Part shown: piece after piece, positions 1 to 10,083 of the stretch
How the letters are laid out: each line of letters opens with the position of its first letter
How positions within the stretch are numbered: the first letter of the stretch is position 1
Assembly (NCBI GenBank): GCA_042563375.1
Contig: JBHPMF010000007.1
Coordinates: forward strand, 218-64,217
Source: Elusimicrobiota bacterium
GTDB lineage: Bacteria > Elusimicrobiota > Elusimicrobia > JACQPE01
Direction: 5' to 3'
Length of the DNA: 64,000 bases
Position numbers and translations under genes: made by a program
Notes under the pieces: model-generated
Told to the model about the DNA's origin: nothing
Database searches by the model: none
Seen by the model: the letters and a program-made list of their open reading frames with translations, nothing else

Positions 1-2
1 GT

Positions 3-845
3 TTTGCCTGGGTTCTCATTCCAAACCACATACACCTTTGCGTAAGATCAGGTCCAAAAGGCATTGCTCCTTTGATGAGAAGTGTTTTAACAGGACATGC
101 CAATTACTTTAACAAGAAATACGAGCGAGTAGGACATCTTTTTCAGAATAGATATAAGTCAAAAATCTGTGAAGATGAAGCCCAGCTTTTTTGCCTCATA
201 CGCTACATTCATTCAAATCCTTTACGAGCGGGCTTCGTTGAGTCTGTAAGCAGACTGAGCGCGTATCCATGGAGCGGGCATTCATCGATTATGGGGCTCG
301 GCAGCATGCCATGGCAGGATGTAAATGCAGTACTCCTGGAATTTGGCGATACGCATAAAAAAGCCAGGAGAGCGTATACGCAATTCTTGCGACAAGACGA
401 GGCAGAAGACGACATTAAAAAGTTTGGAATGTTCTCAAGCGTGCAGAACAATTCTGCTGATGATGACCTGGTTCTCAGTAAAAACGATCTCGCGCAATCC
501 ATCCTTGAAAAAGCCGAAGAGAGAATGGAAATAAGCAACAAACTGTCCAGGCTAAGCATAGAGGAAATAGTGCGCCTGATCTCGCAAAAGCATGAAATAC
601 CGTATTACAAATTGCTTATCAAAGGACGCAAACTAAACATCTCTAAAGCCAAAGCTGAATTAATATATATAGGAACAGAATATCTAGGCAAAAGCCTGCA
701 GGAAATGGCTGGCTTGACCAAAATGACCAAGCAGTCAGCATATAATGCCAGCCTTCGAGCGCACCAGGCTTTTGACCCGGGGACGTTGTCAGTTTTGTCA
801 GTTTACGCAAGTAAACTGACAAAACTGACAACGTCCCCGGAATAG
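3..845 (+). CDS. REP-associated tyrosine transposase (RAYT, Y1_Tnp/HUH) with C-terminal HTH; 5' end outside window
   Basis: Frame open from base 3: FAWVLIPNHIHL (HUH motif), GHLFQNRYKS, RYIHSNPLRAG (catalytic Tyr), YPWS; C-terminal HTH-like region. Confidence 0.88.
   Translation, partial: FAWVLIPNHIHLCVRSGPKGIAPLMRSVLTGHANYFNKKYERVGHLFQNRYKSKICEDEAQLFCLIRYIHSNPLRAGFVESVSRLSAYPWSGHSSIMGLGSMPWQDVNAVLLEFGDTHKKARRAYTQFLRQDEAEDDIKKFGMFSSVQNNSADDDLVLSKNDLAQSILEKAEERMEISNKLSRLSIEEIVRLISQKHEIPYYKLLIKGRKLNISKAKAELIYIGTEYLGKSLQEMAGLTKMTKQSAYNASLRAHQAFDPGTLSVLSVYASKLTKLTTSPE
777..840. repeat. Perfect 30-bp inverted repeat with GCAA loop at the RAYT 3' end
   Basis: CCGGGGACGTTGTCAGTTTTGTCAGTTTAC-GCAA-GTAAACTGACAAAACTGACAACGTCCCCGG. 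Confidence 0.9.
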
Positions 846-954
846 GTCTTTTAGTTGTCTTTGGTCCTTTACTTTTAAAAAAACTATTTCATATACTGAA
901 ATTAGTTAGTTCTGACTGCAACTAGCTCGCGCAAGATTAATCCTCGTGCACGAA

Positions 955-1065
955 CCGGTTTTGGTGAACGGAATTTAACCCGCAAGGCAAAACCATATCT
1001 GCTTTCCATAGGCAGACAAAGTCCCGGTGCAAGCCAGGACAAAAAGTTAGTTCCATTAGAGCCGG
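955..1065 (+). ncRNA. Candidate structured 5' leader RNA (multi-branch) upstream of kor operon
   Basis: Manual pairing: 955-965/1055-1065 and 970-979/1046-1054 enclose hairpins 980-987 (GCAA loop), 998-1016 and 1021-1040 (GCAA loop). Confidence 0.35.
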
Positions 1066-1091
1066 CGATCTTTATTAAAGGTGTATTAACC

Positions 1092-1712
1092 ATGCAAACA
1101 AAAACAAAAACCAAGGTCTCGGAAATCAAATTCGGCGGATTCGGCGGGCAGGGAGTGATCCTGGCCGGAATGATAACAGGCAAGGCCGCCACGATTTTTG
1201 ACAAGAAGCACTCCACAATGACGCAGAGCTTCGGGCCTGAAGCCCGCGGAAGCGCATGCTCATCGCAAGTGGTGATATCTGATGAGCCCATACGCTATCC
1301 ATACGTAAGAAAGCCCCAAATCCTTGTCATCATGAGCCAAGAAGCGTGCGACAAATTCCTGCCGCTGCTTGACGATAATGGAACGCTTCTTATGGAAGAT
1401 GAACTCGTCACGGTCAAGAATGTAAAAAAAGGAATAAAGGTTTATGGGATCCCGGCAACAAGGTTTGCCGAAGATCTCGGAAGGAAAATCGTGCTCAATA
1501 TCGTTATGATCGGATTTTTCTCCGCAGTAACAGGACTGGTCAGCAAAGAAGCGGCAATAAAGGCGATCGAAAGCTCTGTTCCAAAAGGCACTGAAAAACT
1601 CAATCTCGCTGCCTTTGGAAAAGGCTACGAACACGGATCAAAACTTGTGAAATCCGGCTCCAACGGCAGTGATAAGAGTCCGGCAAAGCCGGGCAAGGGT
1701 AAAAGAGGTTAA
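1092..1712 (+). CDS. korC: 2-oxoacid:ferredoxin oxidoreductase gamma subunit
   Basis: GGFGGQGVILAG, TQSFGPEARGSACSSQVVISD. Confidence 0.9.
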   Translation: MQTKTKTKVSEIKFGGFGGQGVILAGMITGKAATIFDKKHSTMTQSFGPEARGSACSSQVVISDEPIRYPYVRKPQILVIMSQEACDKFLPLLDDNGTLLMEDELVTVKNVKKGIKVYGIPATRFAEDLGRKIVLNIVMIGFFSAVTGLVSKEAAIKAIESSVPKGTEKLNLAAFGKGYEHGSKLVKSGSNGSDKSPAKPGKGKRG

Positions 1713-1714
1713 TA

Positions 1715-2605
1715 ATGGACACAAACGTAAAAGAAAAAGTAGAACATATAGCTGATTCCCTATTGCGAACGGAAAGGATGCCCCATATCTGGTGTCCTTC
1801 CTGCGGAATAGGATCAACAGTGAATTCTTTCGTGTCAGCGCTTGAAAAATCAAAGATCCCAAAGGAAAAGATCGCGGTGGTGTCCGGCATCGGATGCACC
1901 GGGCGCGTTGCAGGATATATCAATCTTGACAGTTTTCACACAACCCACGGAAGAGCAATACCATTTGCCACCGGATTAGCGCTTGGCAATCCTGAGTTGA
2001 AAGTCGTGGTCTACAGCGGCGACGGAGACATAGCAGCTATCGGAGGCAACCACTTTATAAACGCCGCAAGACGCAATATGGATCTCATGGTAGTATGCGT
2101 GAACAATTTCAACTACGCCATGACAGGCGGACAAGTCGCTCCCACAACACCCGAAGAAGCAAGAGCATCGACCGCGCCATATGGCAACTTTGAGAGCTCA
2201 TTTAGCCTGCCGTATCTGGCTGAATCATGCGGAGCCACTTATGTTGCCCGGTGGACAACGATCCATATCAGGCAGATAACAAACGCCATGACAGAGATGC
2301 TCAACAAAAAAGGTTTCAGATTCCTTGAGATCATCGCCCAATGCCCCACGCTTTTTTTAAGGCTAAACAAGCTAGGAGAAGGTCTTGATGAGCTGGATTA
2401 TTATGAGAAAAACTGCGAACTGCAAAACGGGGCTGACACCAAGACAGTCGGCATCGACTTCAAGGGCAAGATCATCGTAGGAAAATTCGTGGACAAGCCC
2501 AAACCCACGCACCTTGACAACATGAACAATCATTTGAGCAAGATCGTCGGGAGTAAATATGTATGGTGGGGACCGAAGAAAGAAGATAAGGCGATGAGGA
2601 GATGA
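1715..2605 (+). CDS. korB: 2-oxoacid:ferredoxin oxidoreductase beta subunit (TPP-binding)
   Basis: WCPSCG, SGIGC, HTTHGRA, GDGD...NN..Y.MTGGQ.APTTP. Confidence 0.92.
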   Translation: MDTNVKEKVEHIADSLLRTERMPHIWCPSCGIGSTVNSFVSALEKSKIPKEKIAVVSGIGCTGRVAGYINLDSFHTTHGRAIPFATGLALGNPELKVVVYSGDGDIAAIGGNHFINAARRNMDLMVVCVNNFNYAMTGGQVAPTTPEEARASTAPYGNFESSFSLPYLAESCGATYVARWTTIHIRQITNAMTEMLNKKGFRFLEIIAQCPTLFLRLNKLGEGLDELDYYEKNCELQNGADTKTVGIDFKGKIIVGKFVDKPKPTHLDNMNNHLSKIVGSKYVWWGPKKEDKAMRR

Positions 2606-2653
2606 GGCGATGAGGAGAAAAGATATAAAAACAAGATATAAGAGGGTATTTAA

Positions 2654-3916
2654 ATGAAAAACACAATAGATCCTAAATATTTAGCTAAAGCAGACCCAAA
2701 GGGCGTGCTCACAGGCGAATGGTTCCTTGACGGAGACTTTGCATGCGCTGAAGGGGCATTGGCTGCAGGCTGCAGATTCGTGGCAGGATACCCGATCACG
2801 CCGTCCACGGAAGTCGTTGAGAGATTTTCACGAAGGATCCCGCATATAGGCGGGGTATTCATCCAGATGGAAGATGAGATCGCGTCATCCATATGTTTGC
2901 AGGGCGGAGCATGGGCAGGACACAAGGCAATGACAGTCACAAGCGGACCCGGAATGTCTCTGATGATGGAACATGTGGGCTTGGCTGTCATGCTTGAGAC
3001 GCCATGCGTATTTGTAAACGTCCAGAGGGGCGGCCCTTCAACAGGACTGCCTACCCTTCCGGGACAAGCAGACGTCATGCAGGCAAGATGGGGTTCTCAC
3101 GGTGATTACGAGATAATCGCCATATGTCCCAATTCCCCGCAGGAAGCATTTGATTTCACGATAGATGCCTTTAATCTGGCGGAACTCTACCGGGTACCGG
3201 TATTCGTGATGCTGGACGAGTGCGTGGGCCATATGCATGAGAAAGTGGTCATCCCGACAGCAGACAAGATAGATGTCGTGCCGAGGCGCTATACGAAATC
3301 CAAACCAGGCAGTTATCTCCCGTACAAACCCGAATACGATAAATACATCCCCGGAATGACCAAGGCCGGGGACGGACATTTCTTCCATGTCACCGGACTC
3401 ACCCATGATGAAAGAGGTTATCCGGATATGAGCCCGGACTGCCAGGAAGTCTGCGTAACCCGGCTCATGAACAAGATCCGCGACAATGTCGATAAGCTCG
3501 TGCGCTATGACGAAGAAGACATCGAGGGAGCTGACATAGTCCTGCTCGCTTACGGGATCACTTCAAGGGTGGCATACGCGGCCAAGAAACTTGCACGGGA
3601 CAAGGGGCTTAAAGTCGGGATACTGCGCCCTATTATACTGTGGCCGTTCCCGGAGAAAAGGATCCGGGAACTTTCAAAGAAGATCAAGGCCTTTGTAGTA
3701 GCTGAGATGAATTTAGGACAGATCTATTACGAGGTGGAACGCTGCTGTGCCGGCCGCGTCCCAACGTACCTTGCCGGACACGCCGGAGGAACAGTGCACG
3801 AGCCGGAAGCCATACTGGCCAAGCTCATGGAAGCCTCGCAAGACAAAGCTACGGCAGCCAAAAGCGCACCGGCTAAAGCCAAGGCAAAACCCAAGACAAG
3901 GAAGGCAGCAAGATGA
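2654..3916 (+). CDS. korA: 2-oxoacid:ferredoxin oxidoreductase alpha subunit
   Basis: AGYPITPSTE, QMEDEIAS, TSGPG.SLM.E, QRGGPSTGLPT. Confidence 0.92.
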   Translation: MKNTIDPKYLAKADPKGVLTGEWFLDGDFACAEGALAAGCRFVAGYPITPSTEVVERFSRRIPHIGGVFIQMEDEIASSICLQGGAWAGHKAMTVTSGPGMSLMMEHVGLAVMLETPCVFVNVQRGGPSTGLPTLPGQADVMQARWGSHGDYEIIAICPNSPQEAFDFTIDAFNLAELYRVPVFVMLDECVGHMHEKVVIPTADKIDVVPRRYTKSKPGSYLPYKPEYDKYIPGMTKAGDGHFFHVTGLTHDERGYPDMSPDCQEVCVTRLMNKIRDNVDKLVRYDEEDIEGADIVLLAYGITSRVAYAAKKLARDKGLKVGILRPIILWPFPEKRIRELSKKIKAFVVAEMNLGQIYYEVERCCAGRVPTYLAGHAGGTVHEPEAILAKLMEASQDKATAAKSAPAKAKAKPKTRKAAR

Positions 3917-4206
3917 CAAAAAGAATACCAGTGAATCTTTCAGGACTTGAAGTCGCCAAAGGCGATGTCAAGATCAACAAGGATAAATGCAAGGGCTGCC
4001 GCTTTTGCATTGAATTCTGTCCGAATGATGTTTTGCAGATGAGCGATGGATTCAATAAAAAAGGATATCACTATCCTGAAGTCGCTCAGGACAAAGAAGA
4101 TGCTTGCACGGTTTGCAATATCTGCGAGCTGACATGTCCTGATTTCGCGATATATGTTGACGAAAAATCAAAATTAATTAAAAACAAGGATGTTATAACA
4201 GGTTAA
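3913..4206 (+). CDS. korD: 2-oxoacid:ferredoxin oxidoreductase delta subunit (2x[4Fe-4S])
   Basis: CKGCRFCIEFCP and CTVCNICELTCPDFAI. Confidence 0.88.
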   Translation: MTKRIPVNLSGLEVAKGDVKINKDKCKGCRFCIEFCPNDVLQMSDGFNKKGYHYPEVAQDKEDACTVCNICELTCPDFAIYVDEKSKLIKNKDVITG

Positions 4207-4210
4207 TACC

Positions 4211-7200
4211 ATGAGTGACACAATATTAGTTATAGGCGGTGGGATCGCGGGAATACAAGCTTGCTTGGATCTAGCCAAAGCAGGCGCGAAAGTGGTGCTT
4301 GTTGAGAGAGAAGCCACTATCGGCGGAAAGATGGCGATCCTTGACAAGAACTTCCCCACACTTGACTGCTCGATCTGTATTGAAGCGCCAAAGATGGGCG
4401 AAGTAGGGCAAAACAAGAACATCGAGATATTCAGTCCCGCTGAGGTCGTGGGTCTTGATGGAAGCGCCGGAAATTTTGAGGTGACGATCAAGCAGAAGGA
4501 GAGGATGGTCACAAAGGAATGCACGCGCTGTAATGACTGCGTAGCAGCATGTCCTGTCGTGCTTCCCAATGAATACGACGCTGGAATGGCATACAGAAAA
4601 GCGATCTATACTCCCATATCCCAATCAGTCCCGGGAGCGTATGTAGTCGACCTGGAACATTGCTTAAACAAGCCTCCGCACTATCTGCCTTGTCAGAGAT
4701 GCGTTGAAGTGTGCGTGCCAAAGTGCATTAACTTTGAGATGCCCATTGAAACCACACATACGCGCAAAATAGCTTCTGTTATCGTGGCAGCGGGCTATGA
4801 CATGCTGGATTTGGAAAAAATGAAGGAATACGGATACGGGACACACCCTGATATCCTTAATTCCATGGAACTTGAAAGGCTTTTAACATCAGCAGGGCCC
4901 ACAGGCGGCGAGATACTAAAGCCCTCAAACAACAAGCACCCTCATAAGGCGCTTTTAGTCCTATGCGTTGGATCGCGAGACAAACGTCATTATAATTATT
5001 GCTCAAGATTCTGCTGTATGTATTCAGCAAAACACGCTTTTCAGCTTGTGGATCACGGAGTAAAGGACATCACTGTTCTTTACATGGATCAAAGAGCTTA
5101 TGGAAAAGGATTTGATGAATTCTGGAAAAGGACAGAGAGCGAAGGGGTCAAATATGTACGAGCCAGACCCTCAAGCATAAAAGCGAACCCGGATGACTCG
5201 ATATCAGTCACATATGAGGACACTAAAGCGGGTAAAGTCATTACTGAGAAATTCGACATAGTATCCCTTGCTCCGGCTGTCAAACCCCCGGAAAGCGCGA
5301 AAAGACTCGCACAGGCATTGAGCCTCGAGCTTGACACAGATGGATTTCTGCAGGCAGTTGAAGAAAAAGGCGGCCTGATATTCACAACGCGGCCCGGAGT
5401 GTACGCAGCAGGCTGCATTTCAGGCCCCAAGGATATCCCTGACAGTGTTGCTGAAGGCGGAGGAGCAGCTTCATTGGCCATGGGCCATCTTTCATCAAGA
5501 CACTGGCCGAAAAAAGAAGAGGTTGAACCGATCAAAGACATTGATATCCCAAAGATCGGCGTATTCGTATGCCACTGCGGATCCAATATCGCAGGCGTGA
5601 TAGATGTTAAAGCCGTAGCTGAGTACGCGAGCAAACTCCCGGGTGTTATACATACGCAAACACAGATGTTCTCATGCGCGGGCAACACACAAACCGAGAT
5701 CGAGGATGTTATCAAGGAAAAGCAGATCACCAGAGTGGTGGTCGCAGCATGCTCGCCAAAGACCCATGAGGAAACATTCAGGGGTGTAATGGACAGATCA
5801 GGCTTGAATCCGTATCTTCTTGTGATGTCAAACATAAGGAACATGGATTCCTGGGTGCATAAAAAAGCCCCGAAAGAGGCAACTGACAAGGCCAAGGACA
5901 TGGTGAAAATGGCAGTTGAGCACGCAAGGCTTTTAACTCCTTTGCATACATCAAAACAGCCTGTCATACAAAAAGCTCTTGTTATAGGAGGCGGGATAGC
6001 AGGCATGGCCGCTGCCACAACGATCGCCAGGCAAGGCTATGAAACCCACCTTATTGAAAAAAGCCAGGAGCTTGGCGGACTTTTAAGAAAACTCGATGAG
6101 CTCGCTCCATCAGGCATTAAATCCAAGGACTTGATCGACTCGTATCAAAGACAGCTTAAGGAAACAGGCGTTAAGGTGCATACGGGAACGCAAGTGGAGC
6201 AAGCCGGAGGCTATGTAGGCAATTTCACGGCAAGACTCTCAAGCGGAGAAGACCTCAGGATAGGAGCCATAGTCCTTGCCATGGGAGCGAATGCTTATCA
6301 GCCAACGGAATTCGGATGGGAGAACACCCCCAATGTCGTGACTAACCTTGAGCTTGAGAAACATATCAGGGAAGGCGGCAAGGAAATAGGCGATAAGGTG
6401 ACTTTCGTGAGCTGTGTTGGAAGCCGCCATGAGAGCACAGGATGCTCACGCTACTGCTGCGCTTCAATGATAAACCAAGCTCTGCATCTGCGGCGCATGG
6501 GTAAAAAAGTACGCGTGCTTTATAAAGATATCCGCACTTTCAGCCGCTTCGCTGAAGAGCTTTATGAGACCGCTGCCAAAGAAGGCGTGCAATTCTTCAG
6601 ATATAACCACGAACAACAGCCGGAGGAAGCAGTGAAATTTGAGAATGGAAACGCGGTATTCAAAGATGAGCTTCTCGGTAAAAACATAAAAGTCCCGACT
6701 GACACGCTTGTGCTCGCAGTGGCTTTAAAGCCGGTTGAAGAGACAATATCATCCCAGCTTAAACTTCCTCACAGCAAGGATGGATTTCTGCTTGAGCTTC
6801 ACCCAAAACTCGGGCCCGCTGAGACCCCGTCACAGGGCATATACCTGGCCGGAAGCGTGCAATACCCGAAAGATGTGCGCGAATCGATCGCGCAAGCCCT
6901 GGGAGCAGCATCAAAAGCAAGCGGGCTCCTGGCAAAAGACATGATCGAGAAACCGCCATTGACCGCAAAGATCAATTATGACAAGTGCAAAAAGTGCTTT
7001 GCCTGCTCAAAAGTATGCCCGTTCGGAGCGATCGCAACCGAGGGTAAACCGGGCAAAGGCTCTGTCGAGATAATCGAGGCTGCATGCATGGGATGCGGAA
7101 ACTGCGCAGCGCAGTGCAATTTCGGCTCGATCGAGATGCCTTATTTCACAAGAGAGCAGATATTCGCTCAGCTTGATGCGGCCCTGGCGCAAAACCCGGA

Positions 7201-7633
7201 AGAAAAAGTCATAGTCTTCACCTGCAACTGGTGTTCATACGCGGGAGCTGACCAGGCAGGAATAGAGAAGATCCAATACCCGCCTTCATCAAGGGTAATA
7301 CGCACCATGTGCTCAGCAAGGTTTGAGAAGACATTCGTTGAAAGGGCATTCGAGAAAGGAGCGGGAGCCGTGCTTGTCACAGGCTGCCGTTTAACGAGCG
7401 AGGGCTCGGATTGTCATTACAACTATGCCAATACTCACACCTGGAAGAGATTCCAGACATGGCAGACTTTCTTCACGAAAAAGGGGATCGCTCCTGAAAG
7501 ACTACAGCTGCGGTGGATCTCAGCGGCCGAAGGAAAGGAATTCGCCGAGAAGATGCACGAGATGCACAAGGTCGTGACAGAATACGCTAAAAACCCGAAA
7601 AAAGCCGTCAAGCCGGTAGCTGTAAAAGCATAG
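4211..7633 (+). CDS. hdrA: Heterodisulfide reductase A-like FAD/FeS protein with duplicated FAD domains, fused to C-terminal MvhD-like [2Fe-2S] domain
   Basis: Two VIGGGIAG FAD motifs, DKNFPTLDCSICI, CSRFCC, GVFVCHCG.NIAG, AACSP, ferredoxin motifs; C-terminal FTCNWCSY.GAD...MCSAR...GC...DCHY...WISAAEG (MvhD). Confidence 0.9.
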   Translation: MSDTILVIGGGIAGIQACLDLAKAGAKVVLVEREATIGGKMAILDKNFPTLDCSICIEAPKMGEVGQNKNIEIFSPAEVVGLDGSAGNFEVTIKQKERMVTKECTRCNDCVAACPVVLPNEYDAGMAYRKAIYTPISQSVPGAYVVDLEHCLNKPPHYLPCQRCVEVCVPKCINFEMPIETTHTRKIASVIVAAGYDMLDLEKMKEYGYGTHPDILNSMELERLLTSAGPTGGEILKPSNNKHPHKALLVLCVGSRDKRHYNYCSRFCCMYSAKHAFQLVDHGVKDITVLYMDQRAYGKGFDEFWKRTESEGVKYVRARPSSIKANPDDSISVTYEDTKAGKVITEKFDIVSLAPAVKPPESAKRLAQALSLELDTDGFLQAVEEKGGLIFTTRPGVYAAGCISGPKDIPDSVAEGGGAASLAMGHLSSRHWPKKEEVEPIKDIDIPKIGVFVCHCGSNIAGVIDVKAVAEYASKLPGVIHTQTQMFSCAGNTQTEIEDVIKEKQITRVVVAACSPKTHEETFRGVMDRSGLNPYLLVMSNIRNMDSWVHKKAPKEATDKAKDMVKMAVEHARLLTPLHTSKQPVIQKALVIGGGIAGMAAATTIARQGYETHLIEKSQELGGLLRKLDELAPSGIKSKDLIDSYQRQLKETGVKVHTGTQVEQAGGYVGNFTARLSSGEDLRIGAIVLAMGANAYQPTEFGWENTPNVVTNLELEKHIREGGKEIGDKVTFVSCVGSRHESTGCSRYCCASMINQALHLRRMGKKVRVLYKDIRTFSRFAEELYETAAKEGVQFFRYNHEQQPEEAVKFENGNAVFKDELLGKNIKVPTDTLVLAVALKPVEETISSQLKLPHSKDGFLLELHPKLGPAETPSQGIYLAGSVQYPKDVRESIAQALGAASKASGLLAKDMIEKPPLTAKINYDKCKKCFACSKVCPFGAIATEGKPGKGSVEIIEAACMGCGNCAAQCNFGSIEMPYFTREQIFAQLDAALAQNPEEKVIVFTCNWCSYAGADQAGIEKIQYPPSSRVIRTMCSARFEKTFVERAFEKGAGAVLVTGCRLTSEGSDCHYNYANTHTWKRFQTWQTFFTKKGIAPERLQLRWISAAEGKEFAEKMHEMHKVVTEYAKNPKKAVKPVAVKA

Positions 7634-7642
7634 TAAAGGGAA

Positions 7643-8857
7643 ATGAAAAAGGAAAATAACATGACAGAGACAATAAAAGAAAACAAGGAAACCAAAAAAG
7701 AGGAAAATACGCAGAAACAGGAAGAGGAGATCTTATTAGACGATACGCGTTGGGAAGAAATCCTGGAAGCGACTGACGGAGCTGCAAGCGCGTGTTTTCA
7801 ATGCGGGACATGCACTGCGACCTGCCCATGGACTTTGGTCAAAAAAGATCCTGTTTCCGTGAGGCATATGATCAGGAAGATCCAGCTCGGCCTGCAGGGC
7901 CCTGATGAAGACCTGTGGCTTTGCACAACATGCGCCGCGTGTGAAGAAATGTGCCCCAGAGGCGTGAAGATCTCGGATGTCATAAAGAAATTGCGCCGTC
8001 TTTCCTGGAAAAAAGGCAAAGTGCCCAAAGGCATGTCATCGCTTATGTGGGCGCTCTATTTTGACAAGAACCCGTTCAGACTTCCGCCGTCTGAAAAAGC
8101 AAACTGGGCAAAAGAATTAAAGATCAAAAAATATACTGAAAAGGACGAGATACTCCTTTTTATCGGAAACGCCCCCTCCTATGACAAAAGAGCGCAAAAA
8201 ACAGCCAAGGCCTTGGTCAAGGTGTTTGGAGCCGCTAACGTAAAATTCGGGACGCTTGGAGACAAAGAGCCGGGGTGCGGAGAAGAAGTCCTGGATGTGG
8301 GCCTAGATGAGTATGTATGCGATATCGTCAATGAGAATATGAAGATATTCGAGGATAACAAGGTGCACACTATCGTCACTGTAAGCCCTCACTGCTATGA
8401 CATATTCAGGAACCATTATCCCAAAGGGAAATTCAAGGTCATGCACTATACGCAATACCTTAAAACGCTCATTGATGAGGGAAGGCTTAAATTCAAGAAA
8501 AAATACCCTTACAAAGTAGCGTTCCAGGATCCTTGCTATCTTGGAAGAAGAAATAAGGAATACGAAGCTCCGCGCGAAGTGCTCAGGGCGATGAGCGGAC
8601 TCGAACTCGTTGAGCTCCCGCACACAAAGGAAACAGGCATCTGCTGCGGAGGCGGCGGGGGCAGGATGTTCCTTGAGACAAAAGCAGGAGAAAGATTCTC
8701 GGACCTGAGGATCCATGAAGCAGCAGACGCGAAAACCCAGGTGCTCGCAACAGCATGCCCGTCATGCCTTGCATGCCTTGAGGACAGCACGAAGATCCTG
8801 CCAAAAGCAAATATCAAGGTTCAGGATCTGGCTGAAATAGCAGCGGAAGCTGTATGA
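7643..8857 (+). CDS. HdrD-like Fe-S oxidoreductase (ferredoxin domain + CCG domains)
   Basis: CFQCGTCTATCP, LWLCTTCAACEEMCP, DPCYLGR...CCGGGGG...ACPSC; first CCG domain degenerate. Confidence 0.85.
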   Translation: MKKENNMTETIKENKETKKEENTQKQEEEILLDDTRWEEILEATDGAASACFQCGTCTATCPWTLVKKDPVSVRHMIRKIQLGLQGPDEDLWLCTTCAACEEMCPRGVKISDVIKKLRRLSWKKGKVPKGMSSLMWALYFDKNPFRLPPSEKANWAKELKIKKYTEKDEILLFIGNAPSYDKRAQKTAKALVKVFGAANVKFGTLGDKEPGCGEEVLDVGLDEYVCDIVNENMKIFEDNKVHTIVTVSPHCYDIFRNHYPKGKFKVMHYTQYLKTLIDEGRLKFKKKYPYKVAFQDPCYLGRRNKEYEAPREVLRAMSGLELVELPHTKETGICCGGGGGRMFLETKAGERFSDLRIHEAADAKTQVLATACPSCLACLEDSTKILPKANIKVQDLAEIAAEAV

Positions 8858-8913
8858 ATACCACGCGAATGGACGCGAATAAAGACACGCGAATGGACGC
8901 GAACGCGCGCGAA
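8853..8913. repeat. ACGCGAAT-type periodic repeat arm at hdrD stop
   Basis: CACGCGAAT GGACGCGAAT AAAGACACGCGAAT GGACGCGAAC; related arms at 16614-16660, 28227-28270, 45497-45522, 49468-49584. Confidence 0.7.
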
Positions 8914-8938
8914 CGCGGAGGAAGTCTCCCATTTCTTC

Positions 8939-9038
8939 GTAGCGCGGCAGCTTGTATGCCGCTCTGCTCTGCGGAAGCGGGATACAAGCTCTCGCGCTAC
9001 GTTAAGAAACAGATGCGGGGTACAAGCCCCCGCGCTAC
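8939..9038. repeat. GTAG-type REP cluster (REPIN-like)
   Basis: GTAGCGCGGCAGCTTGTATGCCGC followed by two inverted copies ending CGCGCTAC; same family at 11206-11275. Confidence 0.8.
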
Positions 9039-9071
9039 GATAACATACAAGAAAAAACGGAGTTAATTATC

Positions 9072-10082
9072 ATGTCACACTCAATATACAAACCGGAAGA
9101 AGCCAAAGGAGTCTGGGTATACTTAGAGCATAATGGGAAGGAACTTGAAAACGTATCCCTTGAGCTCCTGAATAAAGGCAAGGAACTTGCCAAAGAAGCA
9201 AAAGAGCCTTTGGTCGGACTCATCATGGGACACAACATAGAAAGCCTGGCCAAGGAAGTATATAAACGCGGAGCTGAAGAAGTGATCATAGCGGATCACC
9301 CTCTTTTGCGAAAATACACAACAGACGCTTTTACCCAGGCAGCGTATCAGGTGGTCACAAGCAAAAAACCGAATATCCTTTTGATAGGCGCCACTCCTGA
9401 TGGCCGCGACTTAGCAGGCCGTTTGGCGGTTAAATTCAAAACAGGCTTGAGCGCTGATTGCACGAATTTCGAGATAAAGCACAAGGATAACAAGCCGCTT
9501 CTTTTAAGCGAAGTCACTGGATTCGGGGGCGGGATCGCGGCAATGATCGCTTGTGAGAAAGACAGGCCCCAGATGGCAACAGTGAGACCGGGTGTTTTTG
9601 AACAAGCAAAATCAAACGGAAGCAATTCCAAGACAGCCACAAAGATCGATATCATGATCGATGAGAAAAGCATAAGGACCCAGGTGATCGAGCGCAAGAT
9701 CGGCGGAGAAGTAGACATCACCAAAGCCAAATTCCTTGTTGTTGCGGGACGCGGCATAGCAGGCAATGTCAATTACATCAATGCCCTGGCCAAAGCCATA
9801 GGAGCTGAGATCGGCGCCACAAGAGTGGCCACTGATGAAGGCTGGATAGAGAAAGAAAGGATGGTCGGGCAAACAGGCGTTGTAACAAGGCCGAAAGTCG
9901 CCATTGTCTGCGGTGTTTCAGGAGCCATGCAGTTCACAGTGGGAATACAAAACGCTGAAACTGTCGTCTCCATTAATACTGATCCGGAAGCGCCTATTTT
10001 CGAAGCATCAGATTATTGCGTTAATGCTGATCTGTTCCAGGTGCTCCCGCCATTAATCGAAGAACTCAAGAAGGTTAAATAA
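9072..10082 (+). CDS. etfA: Electron transfer flavoprotein alpha subunit
   Basis: GRDLAGRLA...TGLSADCT, RPQMATVRPG, GATR, VGQTG...P, GVSGA.Q..VG, IN.DP.APIF. Confidence 0.93.
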   Translation: MSHSIYKPEEAKGVWVYLEHNGKELENVSLELLNKGKELAKEAKEPLVGLIMGHNIESLAKEVYKRGAEEVIIADHPLLRKYTTDAFTQAAYQVVTSKKPNILLIGATPDGRDLAGRLAVKFKTGLSADCTNFEIKHKDNKPLLLSEVTGFGGGIAAMIACEKDRPQMATVRPGVFEQAKSNGSNSKTATKIDIMIDEKSIRTQVIERKIGGEVDITKAKFLVVAGRGIAGNVNYINALAKAIGAEIGATRVATDEGWIEKERMVGQTGVVTRPKVAIVCGVSGAMQFTVGIQNAETVVSINTDPEAPIFEASDYCVNADLFQVLPPLIEELKKVK

Positions 10083-10083
10083 A

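Noticed and set aside
980-1040. c-di-GMP-I or cobalamin riboswitch call
   Set aside because: Only fragments resemble them (GGCAAAACC, GGTGCAAG). The GAAA loop/receptor and B12 box are absent, so it is kept as an unclassified leader.
5098-6018. Long antisense ORFs (also 17626-18294, 41091-41750, 46665-47306, 60583-61206)
   Set aside because: They are shadows of well-supported genes on the opposite strand.
8854-9066. 70-aa ORF MNTTRMDANKDTRMDANARE
   Set aside because: It is a translation of ACGCGAAT repeats and REPs with no protein features.
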